Of a stretch of 63,592 bases of DNA, positions 35,806-46,565 are shown piece by piece (within the stretch, counting starts at the first letter, position 1; the number at the start of each line of letters is the position of its first letter). Origin of the DNA: Alphaproteobacteria bacterium. Lineage in GTDB: Bacteria; Pseudomonadota; Alphaproteobacteria; Micavibrionales; Micavibrionaceae. Made by a program: the position numbers and the translations under genes. The stretch is taken from assembly GCA_039808785.1 (NCBI GenBank), contig JBDHTT010000001.1, forward strand, positions 1 through 63,592, in the 5' to 3' direction. Below the pieces are notes generated by a model. The model saw only the letters and a program-made list of their open reading frames with translations, had not been told where the DNA came from and did no database searches.

Positions 35806-36711
35806 AAATTCTTTGAGCAGTCCATCGCGCACACCAGCAGTGGAGGTGATAAAAACTCTTGGCTTTAGGCTGTGCATCAGGAGGCGCAGCGCAAGTGCGC
35901 TTAAAGGCGCATATTTCGCGCGGTGCCCTTCGAGCCCGTAAAGCTGTTTAATTTCTTCCTCACTCGCCCCTTCGATCAACTCACAAAAACGGATAATATC
36001 GGCCAGCAAGATTTCATAGCCCTGTAGCCCTTTGCTTTGGCCGGTATATTTCATCAAATGGGCCTGAGCCAGCGCCCGCCAAGCCCCGCCGATGGAGTAA
36101 AACATCTCACTGCGGCCAAATTGCGGGACCAGAGCATCAAAACTTCCCCGCAATTGATTTTCGGCTTCGCGCCCCATGGCCTCAATGCGGAAGGCCCCGA
36201 CAGGTAGGCTCACGGTATTTTTAATTTTGCCGTTGGTAATGCGCGCCAACTCTAACGATCCGCCGCCGAAATCCGCTACTACGCCCTCCGCCCCCGGCTC
36301 CAACGCCAGCACGCCCATGGCCGCATAAACCGCCTCTTCATCGCCGCCGAGCACGCGTATATCAAGCGCCGTTTCACGCTTCACCGCCTCAATAAACTCC
36401 GCCGCGTCTTGCGCTTCACGCAGCGGGGCGGTACCGACAATGCGCACATTGGACACGCGAAAATCGGCAATCACGCCCAAATAATTGGCAATGGTTTTGA
36501 TGGCATGGTCAATCCCGTCACGGTCCAGTAACCCTGTGCGGTCCAAATCGCGGCCCAATGCGCAAAAAGATTTGTTATTATAAACCTGAACCGGGATTTT
36601 GCGCGTGATGTCGTAAATGACCATACGCACAGAGTTTGACCCGATATCAATCACGGCAAAGCCATTATTGCCCAAACGAAGTCCCGCAGTGGGATTACCG
36701 GTATAATGCAT
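35788..36711 (-). CDS. Ppx/GppA-family phosphatase (N-terminal domains only)
   Basis: FAVIDIGSNSVRMVIYD, GTAPLREAQDAAEF and DFGGGSLEL, which are actin-like ATPase fold motifs of Ppx/GppA. 307 aa. Confidence 0.75.
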   Translation of the reverse strand: MHYTGNPTAGLRLGNNGFAVIDIGSNSVRMVIYDITRKIPVQVYNNKSFCALGRDLDRTGLLDRDGIDHAIKTIANYLGVIADFRVSNVRIVGTAPLREAQDAAEFIEAVKRETALDIRVLGGDEEAVYAAMGVLALEPGAEGVVADFGGGSLELARITNGKIKNTVSLPVGAFRIEAMGREAENQLRGSFDALVPQFGRSEMFYSIGGAWRALAQAHLMKYTGQSKGLQGYEILLADIIRFCELIEGASEEEIKQLYGLEGHRAKYAPLSALALRLLMHSLKPRVFITSTAGVRDGLLKEFLGRRG

Positions 36712-36722
36712 AGTCTAGAGTC

Positions 36723-38120
36723 CTATTTTTCATTCAGGGAGTTTTGCGCAGTTTTAAGAATCGGCTTCATCAAATACTCCATCACGGTTTTATGCCCGGT
36801 GACAATATCCACCGTGGCAATCATACCGGGAATAATCGGCAAAGGCTTGCCGTCGCGATGAAGCGCATTTTCATCCGTCCGCACCAAAACGCGGTAAAAA
36901 CTCTCGCCCTTTTCGTTGCGAATCGTGTCAGGTGAGATATCTTTGACCTTACCCTTTAATCCGCCATAGATGGTAAAATCATAGGCGGTGATTTTCACCA
37001 TTGCCTCCATATCGGGGCGCAACCGCGCGATGTCGGATGGTTTAATTTTTACCTCCACCAACAAATTATCATCCACGGGCACAATTTCAACAATCGGATC
37101 ACCCGGGCGCACAACCCCGCCCACAGTGTTGATTTTGTAATCCTTAATGGTGCCGTTGACGGGTGAACGGATTTCGGTGCGATCCTTTTTATCCTCTAAA
37201 GCCCCCAGAGATTGTTTGACGGTATTGAGTTCAATGGTCTTAATCGCGAGGTCAGATTGCGCCGTGGCCACCGCATCTTTTTTCATGCCGGCGATTCGTG
37301 CCTCGGCCTCCGCAATTGCTGATTTTGCGCGGGGGATCGCCTGATACACACCATTTAATTCGGTTTGTTTTTCCTTGATGCCGCGCTCCAATTGAATGAG
37401 TTCGATTCTAGGGGCGGAGCCCTTGGCCACCAAAGGCTCGATCATACTGAGTTCTTGTTTCGAGAGGTTGATGACGCCCTGTAAATCGCCCGCGCGGGTG
37501 CTGAGCTCATTAACTTCTTGTCGGCGTTGCGAGAGTTGTTGTTGCAGCACGTCAATCTCACCCTGTTGTTTCGCGCGATTGGCCTTAAAGGCGTTGAGTT
37601 CCTCAATCACGCTTTGCGGCGCGGATTTTGAGACATCGTCGGGAAAGCTCACGCTGTCCTTGCCGTCCACCTCGGCCTGAAGCCGCGTGATGGTGGCAAG
37701 CAACCCCAAATAGCGCGCCTGATTCGTGCCCAAATCCGAGTTCGCGCCGACATCGCGCAGCCGCATGACGATTTCATCTTTTTTGACCGATTCGCCCTCT
37801 TTTTTCAGGAACGCATCGACGATCCCGCCCTCCAGATTTTGAATCACCTGAACTTCACCCGCGGGAATGATTTGCCCCTCACCGCGCGCGGTTTCATTGA
37901 TTTTGGCAAAGGATGCCCACACCACAAAGGCCGTGAAAAAGATGAAGGTCGTGACCAAAATCAAATGTTTATGGAGCGGCATGTCTTCATCACTCATGAA
38001 GAATTTTTCGGCGCGCGCAATGGCTTTGTCGGCCTGAATATTGCGGTGATGTTGTGCCTTTTCTTGTGCTTTTTCCTGGGCTTTTTTTGGGGCGGATGCC
38101 TGATTCGGATTTGTACTCAT
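36723..38120 (-). CDS. HlyD-family type I secretion periplasmic adaptor
   Basis: 465 aa with an N-terminal TM, a long coiled-coil centre and a C-terminal PGMIATVDIVTGHKTVMEYLMKPI motif. ATGA overlap with the upstream ABC gene. Confidence 0.85.
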   Translation of the reverse strand: MSTNPNQASAPKKAQEKAQEKAQHHRNIQADKAIARAEKFFMSDEDMPLHKHLILVTTFIFFTAFVVWASFAKINETARGEGQIIPAGEVQVIQNLEGGIVDAFLKKEGESVKKDEIVMRLRDVGANSDLGTNQARYLGLLATITRLQAEVDGKDSVSFPDDVSKSAPQSVIEELNAFKANRAKQQGEIDVLQQQLSQRRQEVNELSTRAGDLQGVINLSKQELSMIEPLVAKGSAPRIELIQLERGIKEKQTELNGVYQAIPRAKSAIAEAEARIAGMKKDAVATAQSDLAIKTIELNTVKQSLGALEDKKDRTEIRSPVNGTIKDYKINTVGGVVRPGDPIVEIVPVDDNLLVEVKIKPSDIARLRPDMEAMVKITAYDFTIYGGLKGKVKDISPDTIRNEKGESFYRVLVRTDENALHRDGKPLPIIPGMIATVDIVTGHKTVMEYLMKPILKTAQNSLNEK

Positions 38121-40474
38121 ACGGCACCCCCCTGTTGGCCCATCGGTTGACCCGCTTGTTGTCCCGCTTGTTGGCCCCCGCCGAATTCGCGGTTTTGCAG
38201 ACGGCGAATAATTTCATCCCGCGGACCAAAGGCCAAAATTTTACCGCGATCAATCAGGATAATTTTATCCACCAATTCTAACATCGCGCCCTTATGGGTG
38301 ATTAAAATCGTGGTTTTGCTGCGTGAAATCACCCGCAAACGTTCGCGCAATTTAATCTCAAAATTCGGGTCCATTGAGGCTGTGGGCTCATCGAGCAGTA
38401 AGATCGGCGGATCATAAAGCAACGACCGCGCAATCGCCACGGCCTGGCGTTGACCGCCGGAGAGAGCCTCCCCCCGCTCGCCGACCTGGGTATCCAATCC
38501 TTTTTCCGAATCTTGCAAAAACTCCATTACTCCAGCGAGTTCAGCGGCGCGCACCACCGCGCGATCAGGCGCAGTTTCATGCCCCATCGTGATATTTTCA
38601 CGAATCGATCCGTAAAATAAATTCGGGCTTTGTTGGACTGCCCCGATTGAACGGCGCAAATCACCCGGATCAATTTGGCGCACATCGGTGCCATCGAGTA
38701 AAACCGCCCCGTTGCTGGGTTGATACAGATTAACCAGCAAACGGGCCAAAGTGGTTTTCCCCGATCCCACCGCGCCGATAATCCCGATATGATCCCCCGG
38801 CTCAATGGTCAAATTTAACCCCTTGACCGCCGGATAGGTTTGGCCCGGATATTTGAAATCCACATCGCGGAATTCAATGCGCCCCTCTAACCGCGGCATT
38901 GAGATAAAATGCTTGCCCGCCGGGCGTTCCACGGGGCGGCGCATGAGTTCTTCCAATTGCTTCAAGGCCTCAAGACTTTGATTATAACGCGTCATAAGCC
39001 CCGCAACCTGGGAAAGCGGCCCAAGTGCGCGCCCAACCAGCAATACGCTCCCCACCAACGCCCCTTGAGTGATTTGCGCATCCGCAATCATGAACACGCC
39101 CGCAATCACCATCCCCACCACCGTGATTTGCTGGATAAAATAAGAAAAATTCAGCGCAAAAGCCGCAATACGCTTGGTTTTCACCGATATGCGCGATCCT
39201 TTGTCCACCAATTCTTCCCAACGCCGCTGGATATGGCCTTCGGCGGCTTGAGTTTTAATCGTCTCCAGCCCCGTAATGGTTTCAAAGAGCAGCGCGTTTT
39301 TGAGCGCGCTTTCCTGCATCGATTGCCGAATCACTTTTTGCATCGGCTTTTGCAACAACCATCCGCACGCCACAACGATAGGAATGGCAACCAGCGCAAT
39401 AATCGCCAGCGGCCCGGCAATCACCGCGATGATCAGAATAAAGAAAAATGAAAACGGCAGATCAATCAGTGCCGCCATCGTGGCCGAGGTAAAAAAGTCG
39501 CGAATCGTTTCAAATTCGCGCATATTATTGGCCAAAACCCCTGCACTGGCGGGGCGGGCGGTTAGGGTCATCCCCAGCAATTGTTCAAATAATTTGGATG
39601 ATATTTTCACATCGGCCTTACGCCCCGCGACATCGAGAAAATAAGCGCGCATATTTTTCATCACCAGATCGAAAATATACACAATCATCGCCCCGATTGA
39701 GAGCACCCAAAGCGTTTCATAGGATGAATTGGGAATGACGCGGTCATAGACGTTCATGATATAAAGCGTGCTGACCAACGCAAAGCAATTGATCATCACC
39801 GTACCCAGAATCACTTCGCGGTAGAGCGCCCAATTTTCCTTGATCGACCCCCAAAACCAATCGCGCGCCGTGTCAATTTCCGCCGGTCCCGCGCGGTCAT
39901 CCACCCGCGCAACCGGGCGCAGGAAAAAACAATATTCGGTATAAATCGGCTTAATGTCGGAAAAACGCACGGATTTTTTATCGCCGGCATTTTCGGGGAA
40001 TTCGACCAATAATTGATATTCGTCATCACCCTGTGGGCCAAAATCTTCGCTTTTTTTCGCGGATTTTTTGCCCGATTTCCCCCCGGCCTTTTTCAGCTTT
40101 TTCACCGCCCATAAAATACAGGCCTGACCATGCTCCAACACCAAAATACACGGTAAATTGGGGGCAATCATCAACGCCTCTAAACTCCGCGCCTGCATAC
40201 GCGAATTCATATCGGCGCGCATCGCCGCGCGTTCAAACAGGGCGGGCGTAATGCCCTGCGGGGGGATCGGCAAACCGGCAATCAGCGAATTTTCACTGGT
40301 GCGGCGGCCATAATGCCCCGCCAAAATCCGCAGACATTCAACAAGCGGGGAATGCATCGCCGCGCGATCAGCCTCCAACGGCCATCCATCGACAATATTC
40401 GTGGAAACGGTTTGTTGATCAGGGGAAGATTGAGGCCGATTGGTAAAATTTGCAGGATTTTCAGGATTCATCAT
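38117..40474 (-). CDS. Type I secretion system permease/ATPase (HlyB/LssB-type with an N-terminal C39-like domain)
   Basis: 785 aa. N-terminal PLVECLRILAGHYGR...AGLPIP...RAAMRADM..LPCILVLEHGQACIL. Six-TM domain, Walker A GAVGSGKTT, signature LSGGQRQ and Walker B ILLLDEPTASMD. Confidence 0.85.
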   Translation of the reverse strand: MMNPENPANFTNRPQSSPDQQTVSTNIVDGWPLEADRAAMHSPLVECLRILAGHYGRRTSENSLIAGLPIPPQGITPALFERAAMRADMNSRMQARSLEALMIAPNLPCILVLEHGQACILWAVKKLKKAGGKSGKKSAKKSEDFGPQGDDEYQLLVEFPENAGDKKSVRFSDIKPIYTEYCFFLRPVARVDDRAGPAEIDTARDWFWGSIKENWALYREVILGTVMINCFALVSTLYIMNVYDRVIPNSSYETLWVLSIGAMIVYIFDLVMKNMRAYFLDVAGRKADVKISSKLFEQLLGMTLTARPASAGVLANNMREFETIRDFFTSATMAALIDLPFSFFFILIIAVIAGPLAIIALVAIPIVVACGWLLQKPMQKVIRQSMQESALKNALLFETITGLETIKTQAAEGHIQRRWEELVDKGSRISVKTKRIAAFALNFSYFIQQITVVGMVIAGVFMIADAQITQGALVGSVLLVGRALGPLSQVAGLMTRYNQSLEALKQLEELMRRPVERPAGKHFISMPRLEGRIEFRDVDFKYPGQTYPAVKGLNLTIEPGDHIGIIGAVGSGKTTLARLLVNLYQPSNGAVLLDGTDVRQIDPGDLRRSIGAVQQSPNLFYGSIRENITMGHETAPDRAVVRAAELAGVMEFLQDSEKGLDTQVGERGEALSGGQRQAVAIARSLLYDPPILLLDEPTASMDPNFEIKLRERLRVISRSKTTILITHKGAMLELVDKIILIDRGKILAFGPRDEIIRRLQNREFGGGQQAGQQAGQPMGQQGGAV

Positions 40475-40591
40475 GACTTACGGCCTCGTTTTCGCCCGAT
40501 CAAAGTCTTCTGTTCGTTATAGGCGCAGAGCGTTAGATCGAAAACGCTCCACTCACCAAAATTAATAGCAAAAATTCTTGCGCAGAAAGCT

Positions 40592-42265
40592 TTAACCTTG
40601 GCGTTTGATTTCACCGCGGCTGGTTTTCACCGGATTCACCTCACGCGGATAGGATACGCCCAAACTCGGCAATAACGCACCTTTCAACGCCAACAAACGA
40701 TAGGTCGAAAACATCTGAAGATATTCGTTATTAATCGCATTGCTGCGGGAAACAAACCACTCATTTTGCGAATCAAGAACATCCAAAAGCGTCCGGCGAT
40801 CAAGGTTAAATTGATCTTTATACGCCTGAACCACCATCGCATTGGCATCGGCCTGGGCGCGGAATTGTTTGGCGCGTTCGGACGCCGCAATCATCGTGGC
40901 CCAGGTTTGGCGCACATCACGTTCCACGACGCGGGCGGTGGCGTTACGCTCACTCTTCGCTTGGGCTTGGCGATAGGTAAATTCACGGCCGCGCGCAATA
41001 TCCCCGCCACCGCGATAAAGATTCCAGTTGGCCACGAGCAGGGCGGAAGCATCCTGCGTGCGCCCTTCAACCCCATCCAGATCATGCCCGGCGGAGGCCC
41101 CGGCCTGGAAATTCAATTGTGGATAAAGTGTGGATTGCGATTGCTTGCGTTCGGCCTCGGCCACATTCACATCCGCCTCACGAATATCAAGGGTCGGACT
41201 TTGGGTGAGCGTATCTTTCACCTCAGCATCCACATCCTGCGCCAATAAATTGAGTGGGGTAAGCGGGCGTTGCAAATCCGGCTGCGGATCATCGCCCACG
41301 CGGCGTCTGAAGTTTGACTCAGCCGTGCGCAGGGCTTCCCGTACGGCGGATTCTTGGGCTTCGGCGGCAAACACACGCGCCTTGGTTTGTTCAATATCAG
41401 CCCCAGTGGAACGTCCCGCCCCGGTGCTGTCCTGAATTTGTGCAAGGATTGAGCGGTGCTGAGCCAAATTTTCCTCGGCAATTTTCAACAACTCGCGTTG
41501 ACGCAACACATCGACATAAAATTCGATAATATCCAACCCAACAAATTCCGCGGTTTCGCGTACGCGGTGCGATGCCGATCGCACACGTTGGCGTTGACGT
41601 TCATTCTCATAGTACGAATCAAACCCGTCAAAAATTCGTTGGGTTAAGGTGATGGATGCCTGTGATCGCCATAAATCGGAATGCCCCTCGGGTGCGTTTT
41701 CGGGATCGCTATTAATGCTTTGATATCCCGTATCCCCACGGAAATCAATGGATGGTAAATAGAGCGCCTTGGCCTGTTGAAATTCTTCGTCCGTCGCGCG
41801 GCGATTATTTTGAACGGTTTCGGTTTCCGGATTGGTCAAAACCCCAACAGCCACAGCATCGCGCAGCGTCGTAATCCTGTCCCCGTTCGGGCGGTTGGTG
41901 GCCGACATAATTTGTGTCACTTGGCCAGGGCCGTTGCCCAAATTTTGATCAGGCGATGTGACGGACAAAATCGGCGCGGCAGGGCGCGAAAGCTCAACAT
42001 CATTGGCATATGCCCTGTTATCACCGCCCATCACGGGCATGGGGGCTGCGGGTTGCGCATAGGGGCTGGGGGCATAATTGCCAACGGGCGCGCCCGTGGG
42101 TTGTCTGCCCATGGGTTGTCCTGTGGGAACGGGCAAATCTTGCGATGCGTCAGGTGCATAACCGCCGCCATATCCCATATCCTGCGCCTTGACATTCAAA
42201 GGACATAATGAAAGGGACAGAGCCGCAGCACATACGGATAAGAATTTTAATTGATTTCGTTTCAT
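40592..42265 (-). CDS. tolC: TolC-family outer membrane channel with a Pro/Gly-rich N-terminal extension
   Basis: Signal peptide, about 100 aa of low-complexity P/G/A-rich sequence, then two TolC repeats (LRDAVAVGVLTNPE..., ...NEYLQMFSTYRLLALKGALL). Confidence 0.8.
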   Translation of the reverse strand: MKRNQLKFLSVCAAALSLSLCPLNVKAQDMGYGGGYAPDASQDLPVPTGQPMGRQPTGAPVGNYAPSPYAQPAAPMPVMGGDNRAYANDVELSRPAAPILSVTSPDQNLGNGPGQVTQIMSATNRPNGDRITTLRDAVAVGVLTNPETETVQNNRRATDEEFQQAKALYLPSIDFRGDTGYQSINSDPENAPEGHSDLWRSQASITLTQRIFDGFDSYYENERQRQRVRSASHRVRETAEFVGLDIIEFYVDVLRQRELLKIAEENLAQHRSILAQIQDSTGAGRSTGADIEQTKARVFAAEAQESAVREALRTAESNFRRRVGDDPQPDLQRPLTPLNLLAQDVDAEVKDTLTQSPTLDIREADVNVAEAERKQSQSTLYPQLNFQAGASAGHDLDGVEGRTQDASALLVANWNLYRGGGDIARGREFTYRQAQAKSERNATARVVERDVRQTWATMIAASERAKQFRAQADANAMVVQAYKDQFNLDRRTLLDVLDSQNEWFVSRSNAINNEYLQMFSTYRLLALKGALLPSLGVSYPREVNPVKTSRGEIKRQG

Positions 42266-42559
42266 CGATGTCTCCTAAAAATATGGACCGCAATCCGACC
42301 ACCCAAACACATTCCCAGCCGATCACCTGCGATTACTCGCAACAGTTATGAGCCATTTTATGATAAAAATCAAGATTATGCTTAACTTTTATCGAAAAAA
42401 CTTTTATGACGGAAAGAAGTTAAGATTTGATAAAATGCATTGAGTTTTATTTTGCATACTATGCTCTACCCCGCTATTAGCTATAATAATTACGAAACAA
42501 ATTATAAGCTTTAATAAAAAGCTTGAGACTCCATAGCAGAGACAACAAGAAATCTAAAA

Positions 42560-43204
42560 ATGACAGATATAAAAATTTGTGGAATTAAAGCCCCTGAACA
42601 TATAGCCCTTTTAGGTGAACTCGGCGTGGCCTATGCAGGGTTGGTCTTTTATCCTAAGTCGCCGCGCTATATTCACACCGAATTGGCGTCTCAACTGAGC
42701 ACGCAAAAACCGCGCGCGCTTAATCTCGTGGGGTTATTTGTCAATCCGAGTGATGAGGAGATTGCGCGTAGTCTGACCAAAGTAAAATTGGATATGATTC
42801 AGCTCCATGGCGATGAGTCACCCGCGCGCGTACAATCCATCCGCTCAAGCTTTCATTTGCCGGTGATGAAGGCTCTAAGCCTTGCCGATGAAGATGATTT
42901 ATCTTGTGTTCCCACGTTTGAACAGGTGGCGGATTGGCTATTGTTCGATGCCAAAGCCCCCACGAATTCCCATATCCCCGGTGGCAATGGCCGCGCCTTT
43001 GACTGGACCATATTAAAAAACAAAAAATTTAATCGCCCGTGGATGCTTTCGGGCGGATTAAATAGCCGCAACGTCACCGCGGCTCTCGATCAGTTGCGCG
43101 ACAATCCCCCAGCGGCAGTTGATGTCTCTAGCGGAGTAGAAGTCGATCGCGGGGTGAAGGATTTAGATAAGATTAAAGAATTCGTTAGCTCCGTGCGCGC
43201 CTAG
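42560..43204 (+). CDS. trpF: Phosphoribosylanthranilate isomerase
   Basis: IKICGI..., QLHGDES and GLSGGLN motifs. 214 aa. No trpB or trpA follows it here. Confidence 0.85.
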   Translation: MTDIKICGIKAPEHIALLGELGVAYAGLVFYPKSPRYIHTELASQLSTQKPRALNLVGLFVNPSDEEIARSLTKVKLDMIQLHGDESPARVQSIRSSFHLPVMKALSLADEDDLSCVPTFEQVADWLLFDAKAPTNSHIPGGNGRAFDWTILKNKKFNRPWMLSGGLNSRNVTAALDQLRDNPPAAVDVSSGVEVDRGVKDLDKIKEFVSSVRA

Positions 43205-43275
43205 ACCATTTTTCGGTTATGCGGAATCGAAAAAATCGCCGCGGGACGGGGGTTTTTTTGAAGTGTCCTATACAA

Positions 43276-44676
43276 TTACGCCTCCATCGCTTTCACGATA
43301 TCTTCGGTCATTTTTTTGGCATCGCCCAGCAGCATCAAAGTGTTTTCCGCGAAAAACAGCGGGTTATCAACCCCCGAATAGCCTGATCCCATTGATCGTT
43401 TGACAAAGAGCACGGTTTTCGCCCGCTCAACATCCAAAACCGGCATACCGTAGATGGGGGATGAAGAATCGCTGCGTGCCGATGGGTTGGTAATGTCATT
43501 CGCCCCGATCACATAGGCTACATCGGCCTGCGCAAATTCGCGGTTAATATCCTCCAATTCAAACACTTCGTCATAGGGCACATTGGCCTCGGCCAACAAC
43601 ACGTTCATATGGCCGGGCATACGGCCCGCCACCGGATGAATAGCAAATTTCACATCCACCCCGTGGGATTTCAACGTGTCGGAAAGCTCGCGCACCACGT
43701 GCTGGGCTTGGGCCACCGCCATACCGTATCCTGGGACAATAATCACCCGCGCAGCATTTTTCATGATGAATGCCGCATCATCGGCCGAACCGATTTTCGC
43801 GGATTTTTCTCCGCTGCCATAGCTTACGCTGCCGCCCTGTTCGGCACCAAAACCGCCCAGAATCACACTGAGAAAGGAACGATTCATACCCTTGCACATA
43901 ATATAGGACAAAATCGCGCCCGATGCCCCGACCAATGCTCCCGTGATAATCAGCAATGGATTTTGCAACGTAAAGCCAATGCCCGCCGCCGCCCATCCCG
44001 AATAGGAATTGAGCATAGACACAATCACCGGCATATCAGCCCCGCCAATGGGGATAATCAGCAGAATGCCCAGCAACAGGGAGAGCGCAATAATACCCCA
44101 GAAATACATGGCACCTTCAGAGAGGCAGAGCAAAATAATGAGCCCCAGGATCAAAATAACCAATCCCGCATTCAAAAGATGCTGTCCTGAAAACGTGACC
44201 GGTTTGCCAGAAATCACACCCTGTAATTTTCCCCATGCAATCACCGATCCGGTAAAGGTAATGGCACCGATCGCTACGCCCAAAGCCATTTCAATAAGTG
44301 AGGACAATTTAACTTCACCCGGGGCGCCAATGCCGTAAGATTGCGGATTGTGAAACGCCGCCACCGCAACACATACCGCCGCCAACCCCACCAGTGAGTG
44401 AAAGGCCGCCACCAATTGCGGCAACGCCGTCATTTTGATTTTGAGTGCGGTAATGGTCCCGATCAGTCCGCCAATGATGATCCCCGTTACGATCATGCCA
44501 TAAGAGGCAATGGACGGGGTGAGGATGGTCGTGAGAATAGCCAACATCATCCCTAAAATCCCTAAATTAAGCCCCCCGCGTGCGCTTTCGGGGTGCGATA
44601 GTCCGCGCAACGCCAATATAAACAAAACAGCGGAAAACAGATAAAGGATAGGGGCAATGGAGGCAATCATGATCAC
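43276..44676 (-). CDS. pntB: NAD(P) transhydrogenase subunit beta
   Basis: 466 aa. Polytopic N-terminal half and the dIII domain (IIVPGYGMAVAQAQH...FAIHPVAGRMPGHMNVLLAEA...VIGANDITNP). Confidence 0.92.
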   Translation of the reverse strand: MIMIASIAPILYLFSAVLFILALRGLSHPESARGGLNLGILGMMLAILTTILTPSIASYGMIVTGIIIGGLIGTITALKIKMTALPQLVAAFHSLVGLAAVCVAVAAFHNPQSYGIGAPGEVKLSSLIEMALGVAIGAITFTGSVIAWGKLQGVISGKPVTFSGQHLLNAGLVILILGLIILLCLSEGAMYFWGIIALSLLLGILLIIPIGGADMPVIVSMLNSYSGWAAAGIGFTLQNPLLIITGALVGASGAILSYIMCKGMNRSFLSVILGGFGAEQGGSVSYGSGEKSAKIGSADDAAFIMKNAARVIIVPGYGMAVAQAQHVVRELSDTLKSHGVDVKFAIHPVAGRMPGHMNVLLAEANVPYDEVFELEDINREFAQADVAYVIGANDITNPSARSDSSSPIYGMPVLDVERAKTVLFVKRSMGSGYSGVDNPLFFAENTLMLLGDAKKMTEDIVKAMEA

Positions 44677-44748
44677 GATTTCACAAGGTTTAGAATTTCA
44701 TAAAATTTATTAGGGCGGAAACTCAGTAAGAGGTTTGGAACCTCCCCG

Positions 44749-45156
44749 CTATTTCTTCTTAAACATCTGTAACATACGGCGGGTGACTATAAACCCGCCA
44801 AAAATATTAATGGATACCAAAATCACCCCAAAAAAGCCGACAATTTTGGAAAAACTTGTCTCGCTCGGTCCCGCGGCAATTAACGCCCCCACAATAATCA
44901 CCGAGGAAATGGCATTGGTGATAGCCATAAGGGGAGAGTGCAAGGCCGGCGTCACGCGCCACACCACGTAATAACCGACAAAACAGGAAAGAATAAAAAT
45001 CGTAAGTCCGGTGGTGAGGAAATCGCTGCCGTGACCCATCGCAAAATTATAGGAGGTCACATCATTGGCCAGACGCTCAGCCTGTCCTGATAATTTGTGG
45101 GAAAGTTCAGAAATTTGTTGCGCTTGGTAAGCAATAGCACTTTGGGGATCAGACAT
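44749..45156 (-). CDS. pntAB: NAD(P) transhydrogenase subunit alpha part 2 (membrane dII piece)
   Basis: 135 aa with three or four TM helices (FVGYYVVWRVTPALHSPLMAITNAISSVIIVGAL). Lies between pntAA and pntB. Confidence 0.8.
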   Translation of the reverse strand: MSDPQSAIAYQAQQISELSHKLSGQAERLANDVTSYNFAMGHGSDFLTTGLTIFILSCFVGYYVVWRVTPALHSPLMAITNAISSVIIVGALIAAGPSETSFSKIVGFFGVILVSINIFGGFIVTRRMLQMFKKK

Positions 45157-45221
45157 GATTGGGACCTTTAGATAAATGAGGAAGAGCGATATTGTGTCAT
45201 AAAAAAATAAATCATGTAAGT

Positions 45222-46352
45222 TTATAACGTGGAAAATTGAGGATGCACAATTGCCCCTCCATCGGTGAGCATAATAGATTTAATGATTTCATCATCACGA
45301 TTGAGTATGACTTTGCCGCTCTGATCAACCATAATATTAATTAAATTGAGCAGGTTGCGAGCATAAAGGGCCGAAGAATCAGTGGCAATGTGCGAAGCAA
45401 TATTGCAAAATCCTAGAATTTTTACCCCGTCCACCTCAACAATTTGCCCGGGTTTTGAGAGCTCGCAATTCCCCCCTTGTTCAACTGCCATATCGACAAT
45501 GATGGATCCGCTTTTCATACTGCGCACCATGGCTTCGGTAATCAAACGCGGAGCGGGGCGGCCTGGGATCAATGCGGTGGTGATCACCACATCTTGTTTG
45601 ACGATGGTTTCTGCGACCAATCGCGCCTGTTTATCTTTGAAATCTTGTGACATTTCCTTGGCATAGCCGCCAGCCGTTTCGGCATTGCGAATTTCATCAC
45701 TATCGACCATGACAAAGCTAGCGCCCAGTGATTGCACCTGTTCCTTGGCTGCTGGCCGCACATCAGTGGCGGACACAATGGCCCCCAAACGTTTTGCCGT
45801 GGCGATCGCCTGTAGCCCTGCAACCCCTGCCCCCATAATAAAGACGCGGGCGGGGGCAACGGTCCCGGCTGCCGTCATCATCATCGGGAAGCTGCGAGAA
45901 TAATAATGGCAGGCCTCAAGCACCGCGCGATACCCCGCAAGGTTGGATTGCGAAGACAACACGTCCATCGCCTGGGCCCGCGTGATACGGGGGATCAGCT
46001 CCATAGAAAGAGTTGTCAATTGCCCATGCTTAAAGTGCTGCAACCGCGGATCAGGCGTATGCGGGGCTAGAAGCCCGATTAGAATCGCTCCGTTTTTAAG
46101 CGATGGCAACGGAAACGGGGCTTGTACACACAGAACAATATCTGCACTGATTAAGTCAGGGTCGCTTTCATCTACGATCTTGGCCCCTGCCGCTGCGTAA
46201 TCCGCGTCAGGATAAAAAGATGGTGCACCCGCACCACCGACCACCGCAACATCAAACCCCTTGGCAATATATTTCTTCACGGTCTCCGGCGTGGCCGCCA
46301 CACGCTGTTCACACTCCGCAGTTTCTTTTAAAACAGCAATTTTTAAACCCAT
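45222..46352 (-). CDS. pntAA: NAD(P) transhydrogenase subunit alpha part 1 (dI, alanine-dehydrogenase-like)
   Basis: MGLKIAVLKETAECEQRVA..., the NAD-binding VFIMGAGVAGLQAIATAKRLGA, and TTALIPGRPAP. The ATG at 46352 is preceded by AAGGGA. The ORF track start at 46472 adds 40 unlikely residues. Confidence 0.88.
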   Translation of the reverse strand: MGLKIAVLKETAECEQRVAATPETVKKYIAKGFDVAVVGGAGAPSFYPDADYAAAGAKIVDESDPDLISADIVLCVQAPFPLPSLKNGAILIGLLAPHTPDPRLQHFKHGQLTTLSMELIPRITRAQAMDVLSSQSNLAGYRAVLEACHYYSRSFPMMMTAAGTVAPARVFIMGAGVAGLQAIATAKRLGAIVSATDVRPAAKEQVQSLGASFVMVDSDEIRNAETAGGYAKEMSQDFKDKQARLVAETIVKQDVVITTALIPGRPAPRLITEAMVRSMKSGSIIVDMAVEQGGNCELSKPGQIVEVDGVKILGFCNIASHIATDSSALYARNLLNLINIMVDQSGKVILNRDDEIIKSIMLTDGGAIVHPQFSTL

Positions 46353-46565
46353 ATCGCGTCCCTTAATTCCATCTTCGGAAGCTTGCTCACCTGTTGCATT
46401 ATGATATGATGAGCATAATTTATAAATTTGAGTGCCCGTGCATTGGCATAAAAAAACCACGAACTTAGGCACGTCAATTTTGACTCGAAATTTTCAATTT
46501 GAAAAGAGGAGAATTGTAAGATTTTAACTTATCAACATGGAAAAATTTATTATGCCATTGGGCTA

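Noticed and set aside
38117-38600. The C-terminal Gln/Gly-rich tail of the T1SS ABC protein overlapping hlyD, as a possible separate small gene or frameshift.
   Set aside because: The ORF is continuous. The 4-nt ATGA overlap is the ordinary translational coupling of abc-hlyD pairs.
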